Below are positions 30,289 through 41,912 of a stretch of 64,000 nucleotides of DNA, one piece after another (position 1 is the first letter of the stretch; the number at the start of each line of letters is the position of its first letter). The notes below the pieces were generated by a model, which was not told where the DNA came from, searched no databases, and saw only the letters and a program-made list of their open reading frames with translations. Source of the stretch: Alphaproteobacteria bacterium (lineage in GTDB: Bacteria; Pseudomonadota; Alphaproteobacteria; MPNO01; UBA830); NCBI GenBank assembly GCA_038131485.1, contig JAYPPO010000007.1, forward strand, positions 26,950-90,949, in the 5' to 3' direction. The translations under genes and the position numbers were made by a program.

Positions 30289-32387
30289 ATGCCCCAGCTT
30301 CTGCTCGAATTATTTTCGGAGGAAATTCCCGCGCGCATGCAGGCCCGCGCCGCGGACGACCTGCAGAGCCGTGCGGTCGCCGCCTTCAAGGAGGCGGGAC
30401 TTGAGCACGGCGAGACGCGAACCTTCGTCACGCCCCGCCGTCTCACGCTCGTCGTCGACGGACTACCCGAGAAGCAGTCCGATCTCCGTGAGGAACGCCG
30501 CGGCCGCGCGCCGACGCGCCCGAGCAGGCGATTGAGGGATTCCTGAAGAGCAACGGTGTGACGCGCGAGCAGTGCGTGAAACGCGAAACGCCGAAGGGCA
30601 CGTTCCTGTTCGCGGTCGTCGAGAAGTCCGGAGAGGCGACCGCGTCGGTTCTGCCTGGCCTGCTGTCCGTCGTCGTGGGCGATCTCGCGTGGCAGAAATC
30701 CATGCGGTGGGGGACGGGCGCGATGCGCTGGGTCCGCTCGCTGCAGCGCGTGCTTTGCCTGTTCGACGGCGCGGCGTTAGCGCTGACGCTCCGGAACGAA
30801 GTGCCGTGCGGCGCCGCTACGTCGGGCCATCGCTTCCTGTCGCCGACACCCTTCGAGGTGACGGATTTCGCCGATTACGAGGCGAGGCTGCGCGCCGCGC
30901 ATGTCATTCTCAACCGCGCCGAGCGCAAGGCGAAGATCGCCGAGAGGGCTGAGAAGATCGCTGCCGAACACGGCCTGACCCTCAAGGGTGATCCGGGCCT
31001 GCTCGACGAAGTCGCCGGGCTGGTTGAATGGCCGGTCGTGCTGTCGGGCTGGATCGACGATGCCTTTATGGACGTGCCGGACGAAGTGCTGATCACCTCG
31101 ATGCGGGCGCATCAGAAATATTTCTCGCTGCTCAATGCCGACGGTAGCCTCGCGCCGCGCTTCGTCGTCGTCGCCAACACCGAGGCGAAGGACGACGGCG
31201 CCGCCATCGTCGCCGGAAATGAACGTGTGCTGCGTGCGCGCCTGTCCGATGCCAAGTTCTTCTGGGACCAGGACCGCAAGGCGACGCTCGAGAGCCGGGT
31301 GCACAATCTCGCGGGCAGCGTGTTTCACGCCAAGCTCGGCACCATGGCACAGAAAGTCGAGCGTATCACGGTGCTCGCCGGCGAGCTCGCGCCGTTCGTG
31401 CCCGGCTGCGAGCCGGGCGATGCGATGCGTGCCGCCCGGCTCGCCAAGGCCGACCTCGTTAGCGAGATGGTGTTCGAATTCCCCGAGCTCCAGGGCACGA
31501 TGGGCCGATACTACGCCCTGAACGATGGAGAAGACGTCGCCGTCGCCGACGCGATCGCTGCGCATTACTCGCCGGCTGGGCCCAATGACGACTGCCCGAC
31601 CGCGCCGCTCTCGGTCGCCGTCGCGCTTTCTGACAAGCTCGATACGCTGGTGGGTTTCTTCGCGGTTGGCGAGACGCCGACCGGGTCGCGTGATCCGTAC
31701 GCGCTTCGCCGTGCCGCGCTCGGCATCATTCGACTGGTGCTTGAGAACAAGCTGCGCCTGCCGCTGCGCGAGGCCTTCCGAAAGGCTTACTGGGGCTACA
31801 ACGAAACCGTCGCCGATTTCGAGAAACAGCTCGACGGGGGTCACAAGCCCAAGGTGCTGGAACGGGACCTGCTCGACTTCTTCGCAGACCGGCTCAAGGC
31901 ACATCTGCGCGAGGAAGGCATCCGCCACGATTACATCTCCGCGATCTTCGCGCTCGGTGGCGAGGACGATCTCACGCGCCTAATGTTCCGCGTCGACGCG
32001 CTGTCGGGCTTTCTCGCGACCGAGGACGGCGGCAACCTGCTCGCTGCCTACAAGCGCGCGAGCAACATCGTCGCAATCGAGGAGAAAAAGGATTCCGCGA
32101 GCTACGACGGCGACGTCGCGCCCGGTCTTCTCGACCGGGATGAGGAAAGGGCGCTGTTCGACAAGCTCGGCAGCAGCGCCGCCGGCGCCAACGCCGCGAT
32201 CAGCGCCGAAGAGTACGTCAAGGCGATGGAAGCGATGTCGGGCCTGCGCGCGCCGGTGGACAGCTTCTTCGACAAGGTCACGGTCAATGCGGACGACGCG
32301 GACGTACGCGCCAACCGGCTGCGGCTCCTGTCGCAGTTCCGATCAACGCTCGGCCGGATCGCAGATTTCTCTCAAATTGAAGGCTGA
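30289..32387 (+). pseudogene. glyS: Glycine--tRNA ligase beta subunit with a single frameshift at ~30504
   Basis: [43 protein letters not shown] (ORF 30289-30546) runs out of frame. The continuation [36 protein letters not shown].. is the frame of ORF 30558-32387. Adding one C in GGCCGCGCG would restore it. Confidence 0.9.
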
Positions 32388-32391
32388 ACGG

Positions 32392-35064
<2,673 letters not shown>

Positions 35065-35080
35065 CGAGGGCAGTCGGGCT

Positions 35081-35926
35081 TCAGAAATTAGCCCAGTCGG
35101 GTTTGTGCGGCCGGACGATCGCGCCGTCCGCGGACAGGTCGTCGCGGCATACTAGGTCGAGCCGCAGCAGCGCGAGACCCTTGCCGTCGTGGGCGCTGTA
35201 AACCTCTCCCACTGTAACGCCGTCCGCGAGGATTTCGGCACCAGGAGCCGCAGTTCCCTCGATATCGATCGGGCACAAGCGCTTCTTGACGAGGTTCCGG
35301 TGTTTCATCCGAGCGGTCACTTCCTGCCCAACGTAGCAGCCCTTGGTGAAGGAAATGCCATTGAGCTCGTCGAAGCCGCATTCGAGCGGCATCGATTTCC
35401 CCGGAAGCAGTTCGCCCGCTCCGGGAATGCCGAGGGTGAGCCGAAGCAAATCGTAATCGGCCTCCGTCGCCGGCGTCAGCCCCCGCGCGGCAAAACCGGT
35501 GCCCGCCGGGACAATCGCCCTGTCTCCGAGAGCTGCGTGCCGGGGGTCGCCGAACGCTATTCCCCCGAGCCAGCCTGCTGCAGAGCCTACCTTTCCGGTT
35601 CCGGGCAGAAGTGCGGCGACCTGCCAGTCGGCCGTTTCGTCGGCAATCTCCACCTTCGCGCGAAGCCTGTACATCTTGAGCCGCTTGAGAAGGTCGTCGA
35701 CGCGTGCGGCTGGGGTTTCCAGCAGCAGCCGGCCGTCCAGCTCGGCGACGAAAAAATCGTGCAGGAACTTCCCCTGCGGGGTCAGCAGGGCGGCATAGAT
35801 CGCTTTAGCGGGGGAAACGAGTTCAATGTCGTTCGTGACGATTCCCTGAAGAAAAGCTCGCATATCGTCGCCCATCAGCGCGATTACGGCCCGGCCTGAA
35901 AGCGGGAGATATCGATCCGAATCCAT
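35081..35926 (-). CDS. ygfZ: YgfZ/CAF17-type folate-binding protein (GcvT-like fold)
   Basis: 281 aa. FLQGIVTNDI, AALLTPQGKFLHDFFV and KGCYVGQEVTARMKHR motifs. Confidence 0.8.
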   Translation of the reverse strand: MDSDRYLPLSGRAVIALMGDDMRAFLQGIVTNDIELVSPAKAIYAALLTPQGKFLHDFFVAELDGRLLLETPAARVDDLLKRLKMYRLRAKVEIADETADWQVAALLPGTGKVGSAAGWLGGIAFGDPRHAALGDRAIVPAGTGFAARGLTPATEADYDLLRLTLGIPGAGELLPGKSMPLECGFDELNGISFTKGCYVGQEVTARMKHRNLVKKRLCPIDIEGTAAPGAEILADGVTVGEVYSAHDGKGLALLRLDLVCRDDLSADGAIVRPHKPDWANF

Positions 35927-35999
35927 GAAATCCGTTCCCCTTTGAGCCTAAGTAGTGCTTTGGAATGGATTTATCCAGCCTTGGGTCTATAAATCGCCC

Positions 36000-36764
36000 A
36001 TGACTGCAGACCAGTGCGTCCTCTCCGCCGTAATTTCCGTCCGCAACGAGGAAAAACAGCTCGCCGATTGTCTCGAAAGGCTTTCTTTCGCCGACGAGAT
36101 CGTCGTGTTGCTCGACAAATGCACGGACGGATCCGCCGCGATCGCAGCGCGGTTCACCGACCGGCTGATCGAGGGCGACTGGACGATCGAGGGCGAACGC
36201 CGCAATGCGGGTATCTATGCCTGCCGGGGCGAGTGGATCTTCGAGATCGACGCCGACGAGCGTGTACCGTTGGCGCTGGCGGACGAGATCCGGCAAACCG
36301 TCGAGACCAGCAAGTCCGATTGGCACGGCGTCCCGGTCGACAACTATATCGGCGACCGACTGGTGCGTTATGGCTGGGGCGCGTCCTACGGCAAGAACGA
36401 GTATCCGGGCCTGTTTCGCAAGGGCGCGAAGATCTGGGGTCTCCAGCGCGTCCACCCCGCGCTCGAAGTTACCGGCAAGGCCGGGCCGCCGCTCACGAAC
36501 CGGATCGAACATTACGTCGATCGGAATATCTCTGACATGATACGGCGGCTGGATTCCTATACGACCGCGCGGGCGCGCGACATTCGCGAGTTCGGTAACG
36601 GCGGCTCATTCGCCCGCAACGTGCGGCGCATCTTTTCGCGGTTCTGGAAATGCTACGTCTCGCGCAAGGGCTATCGCGAGGGACACTACGGTTTCGTGAT
36701 CGCGCTCTTTGCTGGGCTCTATCCCATCGTCTCCTATCTGAAGGCGACGCTGGAGGACGAGTGA
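36000..36764 (+). CDS. Family 2 glycosyltransferase
   Basis: The ATG at 36000 gives MTADQCVLSAVISVRNEEKQLADCLERLSFADEIVVLLDKCTDGS, followed by a DAD motif (EIDADERV). Confidence 0.8.
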   Translation: MTADQCVLSAVISVRNEEKQLADCLERLSFADEIVVLLDKCTDGSAAIAARFTDRLIEGDWTIEGERRNAGIYACRGEWIFEIDADERVPLALADEIRQTVETSKSDWHGVPVDNYIGDRLVRYGWGASYGKNEYPGLFRKGAKIWGLQRVHPALEVTGKAGPPLTNRIEHYVDRNISDMIRRLDSYTTARARDIREFGNGGSFARNVRRIFSRFWKCYVSRKGYREGHYGFVIALFAGLYPIVSYLKATLEDE

Positions 36765-37801
36765 TGGCGGCGATCGTGATGGCGGACGACGGTATCGTCT
36801 TCGACGGCGATTCGATGGACTCAGGCCCACTCGGCGGCGCCGAGACGGCGTTCGCGTCGCTTGCAGAGGCGCTGGCCGCCCGCGGGCACCGGGTCTCCGT
36901 GTTCAACCGCTGCAAGGCGCCGATGGAACGCCGCGGCGTCGCATGGCGGCCGCTCTCTGACGGTCTTCCCGATGCGGCCGACCTCTATATCGCCAACCGC
37001 GGCGACAATTTGATCGCGCTCGTGTCCCGAGCGAGAACCCGAGTGTTCTGGATTCACAACCCGGCCGACTATCTGCTGAAATGGCGTTATCTGTCGAAGC
37101 TCTGGCGCTGGCGGCCGACGATTGTGTTCTCGGGCAAATACCATGCCGCATCCTACCCCGGCTGGGCGCCAGCCGGTGGCCGCGCGGTGATTCCCTACGG
37201 CATCTCGGACGCCTTCATGGACGCCGATGGACCCGTCGAAGCGCCGCCGCCTCGCGCCGTCTTTACGTCGAGCCCGCTGCGGTCGCTCGATTGGCTGCTC
37301 GACCTGTGGGCCGACAAGATCCGGCCGTCGGTACCGGCGGCGGAACTCCATCTTTTTTCCAGCCCGCAGACATACGGAACCCACGGCGACGCGAGATCGG
37401 TGCAAATGAATGCCGTGCTCGACCGGGCACGCGACCTTGCCGGCCGGGGAGTCGTGTTACGCGATCCGCTCCCGAAACCGGAACTCGCCCGCGAACTGGC
37501 CGGGTACCGTACGCTACTCTACCGCGGCGATCCGGGGGAGACGTTCTGTCTTGCAGTCGGCGAGGCGCAGGCGGCCGGCGTTCCGGCAGTGGTCCAGGAC
37601 ATCGGCTGCGTTGCAGAACGCATCGTTGACGGCGAGTCCGGTTACGTCGCCCGGGACGATGCCGAATTTGCGAAACGCGCAGTCGCCCTTCTCAACGACG
37701 ATGCGCTTTGGCGGGCCCAGCACGAAACGGCGTCGGCGCGGCAGCGTAGTTGGGGATGGCCGCAGGCGGCGGAAGACTTCGAGAGGCTGCTTCCATCATG
37801 A
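36764..37801 (+). CDS. Family 1 (GT4-like) glycosyltransferase
   Basis: The ATG at 36764 overlaps the upstream TGA. GGAETAFASLAEALAARGHRV and C-terminal ETFCLAVGEAQAAGVP (E-x7-E region). Confidence 0.8.
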   Translation: MAAIVMADDGIVFDGDSMDSGPLGGAETAFASLAEALAARGHRVSVFNRCKAPMERRGVAWRPLSDGLPDAADLYIANRGDNLIALVSRARTRVFWIHNPADYLLKWRYLSKLWRWRPTIVFSGKYHAASYPGWAPAGGRAVIPYGISDAFMDADGPVEAPPPRAVFTSSPLRSLDWLLDLWADKIRPSVPAAELHLFSSPQTYGTHGDARSVQMNAVLDRARDLAGRGVVLRDPLPKPELARELAGYRTLLYRGDPGETFCLAVGEAQAAGVPAVVQDIGCVAERIVDGESGYVARDDAEFAKRAVALLNDDALWRAQHETASARQRSWGWPQAAEDFERLLPS

Positions 37802-38838
37802 GGGTGCTGCAAACGATGGCGGGCGGAGAGGTTGGCGGGGCCGAGGAGTTCTTCGTTCGGCTGGCGGTCGCCTTGCAAAGTCGGGGCGTCGACCAGCAAC
37901 TGATGGTCCGGTCGAACGAGGGCCGGAACGCGCGCCTGTCGGACGCGGGTATCGCGATGGCGGAACTGCCGTTCGGCAGTTTTCTGGACCGCCGAACCGT
38001 TCCCGCACTTGCTACCGTCATAGACGATTTTCGTCCCGATATCGTTTTGTCCTGGATGAGCCGCGCGAGCGCCGTTTCCGCCAAGGCGATTGCCCGGTCG
38101 GCGCGCCGTCCGAAACTCGTCGGCCGGCTCGGGGGCTACTACGACCTGAAATACTACCGGGGATGCGACCATCTGATCGGCAACACGCCGAATATCGTCA
38201 GCTACCTCCAGGCAGAATTTTGGCCGTCGGAGCGCGGCCACTTCGTGCCGAACTTCGTTTCGGCCGAGCCCGGAACGGCGCTCGCTCGATCCAAGTTTTC
38301 CATACCCGCCAACGCCCCGGTTTTTCTGGCCGCCGGCCGGCTGCACGGCAACAAGGCGTTCGACGTCCTGCTGCATGCGCTAAAGCGCGTCGACGGTGCT
38401 TACCTGCTGTTGGCGGGCGCCGGCGACGATGCCCGATCGCTCAATGTGCTGGCGCATAAGCTGGACGTTGCGTCGCGCGTGCGGTTCCTGGGTTGGCGCA
38501 GCGACATCGCGGCCCTCATGGCGACGGCCGACATTCTTGTCTGTCCGTCGCGGATCGAGCCGCTGGGCAACGTCCTAATCGAGGCATGGGCGCGTTCTTT
38601 GCCCATCGTTGCGGCTGCATCGGCTGGGCCAATGTGGCTTATCCGCGACGGCGAGGACGGCCTTCTTGTGCCCGTGGACGATTGCGGCGCCCTCGCAGCA
38701 GCGCTGACCCGCCTCATCGCCGACCCAGAGCTCCGAACTTTGCTTGCTCAAAAGGGTCTCAAACGTTTTGAGGTCGAATTCACCGAAGACGTCGTCGTTC
38801 GGCAGTATTTCGAGCTGTTTGAAACGGTTCTCGGCTGA
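37798..38838 (+). CDS. Family 1 (GT4-like) glycosyltransferase
   Basis: The ATG at 37798 overlaps the upstream TGA (ATGA). MRVLQTMAGGEVGGAEEFFVRLAVAL and PSRIEPLGNVLIEAWA. Confidence 0.8.
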   Translation: MRVLQTMAGGEVGGAEEFFVRLAVALQSRGVDQQLMVRSNEGRNARLSDAGIAMAELPFGSFLDRRTVPALATVIDDFRPDIVLSWMSRASAVSAKAIARSARRPKLVGRLGGYYDLKYYRGCDHLIGNTPNIVSYLQAEFWPSERGHFVPNFVSAEPGTALARSKFSIPANAPVFLAAGRLHGNKAFDVLLHALKRVDGAYLLLAGAGDDARSLNVLAHKLDVASRVRFLGWRSDIAALMATADILVCPSRIEPLGNVLIEAWARSLPIVAAASAGPMWLIRDGEDGLLVPVDDCGALAAALTRLIADPELRTLLAQKGLKRFEVEFTEDVVVRQYFELFETVLG

Positions 38839-40601
38839 TGTGCGGTATTGCCGGTATCATGACGCGCGATGGCGCGGAGCCGGGCCGGATGTCGCTCGAT
38901 GCCATGCGGCGGGCGCTTCTCCATCGAGGTCCCGACGGCGACGATATCTGGACCCGGGACGGGGTGGGACTGGTCCATACCCGCCTTGCGATCATTGATT
39001 TGGAGACCGGCGACCAGCCGCTGTTCGGACCCGGAGATACGGTGCTGGTCGCGAACGGCGAAAGCTAGAACTACGTCGAGCTGCGGGCAGAGCTGTCGGA
39101 CGCCGATTTCGCAACCGCGTCAGACTGCGAGCCGATACTGCACTACTACGAGCGTTACGGGCTCGATTTCGTCTCATGGCTGCGCGGAATGTACGCGCTG
39201 GCGCTTTACGATCCGAGCCGCTCGCGCCTCGTGGTGTCGCGCGACCCGTTCGGGATCAAGCCCCTCTACTACGTCGAGACGGAAACCGGTTTCGCGTTCG
39301 CGTCCGAGCCGACGGCGCTTCTGAAAGCGGGGTTCGCGCGGCGGCGCCTGCTGCCGGAGGCGACGGCGACGCTGCTTCAGCTTCAGTACACGGCCGGCGC
39401 GGAGACGCCGTTCGAGGAGATCCGGCGCGTCCTGCCGGGGGAGACGCTGGTGGTGGAGAACGGGCGTGTGGTCGAACGTCGGCGGCGTCCCGCGTTGCCG
39501 GACGGCGCCCCGGAGAGCCTGTCGGAAAACGCCGCGCTGGAGCGGATCGAAGCGGCGCTTCTCGACAGCGTCGACGTGCATCAGCGATCCGACGTTCCCT
39601 ACGCGATGTTCATGTCCGGCGGTATCGACTCGACGGCCGTGCTGGCGCTGATGACGCGTCTCGATACGCGGCCCGTCTGCGCTTACACTGCGGGCTTTCC
39701 GGGCACGCGCGCGGCGGACGAGCGAGAACACGCGCGTCGCGTGGCCGAGGCGGCGGGCGCCGAGCATATCGAGATCACCTTCGACGGGGCCGACTTCGTG
39801 AACCTTCTGCCGCAGATCGCGCGCTGCATGGACGACCCCGTCGCGGACTACGCGATCCTGCCGACATGGAAGCTCGCCAGAGAAGCCTCGTCGCGGCACA
39901 AGGTCATCCTGTCGGGTGAAGGTGGTGACGAGATCTTCGGCGGTTACGGCCGATATCGCGCGTTCCGTAAGCCGCGATGGATGGGCGGCGGCCGGCTGCG
40001 CCGGCACGGCGCACTAGACGGGCTCGGGATCCTGAGGAGCGGAGACGACGCCTGGGAGCTCGCGCTAACCGAAGCCGATGCGGAGGCGCGCCGCGGGGGG
40101 CGGTCGGAACTTCAGGTCGCGCAGGCCGCAGATTGCCAGGACTGGCTTCCGAACGATCTTTTGACCAAGCTCGACAGATGCCTGATGGCGCACGGCGTCG
40201 AGGGGCGGACCCCGTTTCTCGATCCCGCCGTAGCCAACGCCGCTTTCCGTCTGCCCGACCGCCTGAAGATCAGGGGGCGTCTCGGCAAATGGATTCTCAG
40301 GAAATGGCTGAACGGCGTCGCGCCTGCGTCTGATGCGTTCTCGCGTAAGCGGGGCTTCACCGTGCCGGTCGGCGAATGGATCGATGCCGAGGGCAAACAC
40401 CTTGCGCCGCTCGTCGCCCGGCAGCCCGGTATCGTCGAATGGTGCGACGCGGCGAAGGTCGAAACGCTGTTCCGGCAAGGGGCGGCACGCCACGGCTTGG
40501 CTGCTTGGTCGCTCCTGTTCTTCGCGCTGTGGCATCAGCATCATGTGATCGGGCTGCCGATCGGCGGCGACGTGTTCGAAGCGCTCGCGGAATCCGGTTA
40601 A
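38838..40601 (+). pseudogene. Asparagine synthase (glutamine-hydrolysing)-like amidotransferase with in-frame TAG at 39066-39068
   Basis: The Ntn start MCGIAGIM overlaps the upstream stop. VANGES-TAG-NYVELRAEL lies in a single frame (consensus there is NGEIYNY). The downstream part is intact, with the PP-loop FMSGGIDSTAV. Confidence 0.85.
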
Positions 40602-40788
40602 CCGTTTTTATTAAATTGTATATTTTCAATATGTTAGGGAAATTCTCCGGCCGCTCTTGGTAAGTTTTCGGTAAAGCGCGCTGACCCCGCCGTTAACGCT
40701 TGCTTAGCGGCGATTTTCCTAGAAGGCAGGATCTCTTTCCGGGCGTCCTCGGTCCCGGTCGACGCTTTTCGTGTAACGGGTTTTACGG

Positions 40789-41007
40789 ATGCTGAGTTTC
40801 CGACTGAAACTGGTGCTGCTTTCTCTCGCGGATCTTGCCATGGCCGAGTGCGAAAACACGACGTTGGAAGATACGATCTTCCTCAAGAAGTACGTCGCGC
40901 GTCACGTCCCGAGAGAGGAAAAGGTCCAGCGGCAATCCATGTTTGAGCTAAGAGCGACGGGCGTCGTGCAGACATATTGCTACAGCACTATCGGGGAAGT
41001 CGAGTGA
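40789..41007 (+). CDS. Hypothetical 72-aa protein (weak)
   Basis: ATG-started ORF in a 535-bp spacer with no recognisable family. A strong terminator lies ~100 nt downstream. Confidence 0.25.
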   Translation: MLSFRLKLVLLSLADLAMAECENTTLEDTIFLKKYVARHVPREEKVQRQSMFELRATGVVQTYCYSTIGEVE

Positions 41008-41103
41008 TATGCCCATCCGCGCCCCGAGGAGCGCTATCGCCTGAACGGATATTTCGGGCCGTCGCCCGAATAAACAGCGTCGTTCCGCGTTCGTGACGAT
41101 TCG

Positions 41104-41126
41104 GCTACCGAAAGGTAGCTTTTTTT
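41104..41126 (+). terminator. Rho-independent terminator
   Basis: GCTACC-GAAA-GGTAGC followed by seven T (41120-41126). Confidence 0.6.
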
Positions 41127-41136
41127 ACCGTCACAA

Positions 41137-41826
41137 ATGACGACTGGCCACCGCATGATTCCGGCCCGCGCCGCGTTTTTCGCCCTCGTTTCCTGCACAG
41201 GTCTTCTCCTGACCACCGCACCCGTATTCGGCCAGCCGACCACCTATGGCGAGGCGATGCGCTGGTACGAGCAGCATGCGAATGCCGGTTCCGCCAAGGT
41301 GCAGTACCTGCTCGGACTATTGTATGAGCGCGGCGCCGGCCCACGAGGGAAAGACCCAAAACGGGCGTTCCAGTGGTTCGAAAAGGCGGCCGCCCAGGGG
41401 CACGCGAACGCCCAGTTCAAGGTCGGTTCGGCCTACCAGTTCGCCAATGGGGTCGTTGCGGACCCGCAAAAGGCGCTCGATTGGTATCGCAAGGCCGCAG
41501 AACAGCGCGTGCCCGAAGCACAATTCAATCTCGCCTACATGATCGAAAACGCGATTGCAGGCCAGCGGCCGATCGAGGAAGCGGCCCTCAATTATCGTGC
41601 AGCGGCCGAGCAGGGGCTCGGCCGCGCCCAGCTTAATCTCGGCTACCTCTATTATCAGGGGAAAGGCGTCGGCCGCGATCTCGCCGAGACATGGGCGTGG
41701 TTTCGCGCCGCCGAGTCCCGGAACGTTCCGGAAGCCGCGGACGCCCGGTCCCGCGTCGAGGCCAACATGTCTCCCGACGAGGCGGCAAGGGGCCAAACGC
41801 TTGCGAAGGATAGGATCTCCCGCTAA
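41137..41826 (+). CDS. Sel1-repeat (TPR-like) secreted protein
   Basis: Signal-like N-terminus (AAFFALVSCTGLLLTTAPVFG), then repeated Sel1 units (AQYLLGLLYERGAG..KAFQWFEKAAAQGHANAQFKVGSAY..ALDWYRKAAEQ..). Confidence 0.85.
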   Translation: MTTGHRMIPARAAFFALVSCTGLLLTTAPVFGQPTTYGEAMRWYEQHANAGSAKVQYLLGLLYERGAGPRGKDPKRAFQWFEKAAAQGHANAQFKVGSAYQFANGVVADPQKALDWYRKAAEQRVPEAQFNLAYMIENAIAGQRPIEEAALNYRAAAEQGLGRAQLNLGYLYYQGKGVGRDLAETWAWFRAAESRNVPEAADARSRVEANMSPDEAARGQTLAKDRISR

Positions 41827-41912
41827 TCCACCCGATGGGAGGTTCCGTATCAAATCAAAGCGAAAACGCGCGGACCTACCGTCCCGGCGTAGAGCACTGT
41901 ATAGTGGAAGCC

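Noticed and set aside
30490-30560. Programmed ribosomal frameshift in glyS.
   Set aside because: There is no slippery heptamer or downstream structure at the shift site, which sits in a GC-rich GGCCGCGCG run. A simple 1-nt loss explains it.
32140-32391. N-terminal extension of ppdK in the track (974 aa).
   Set aside because: The extension overlaps the glyS 3' end in another frame and has Arg/Ser/Ala-rich composition. The ATG at 32392 gives the canonical PPDK N-terminus MSDTKWVYRFGG.
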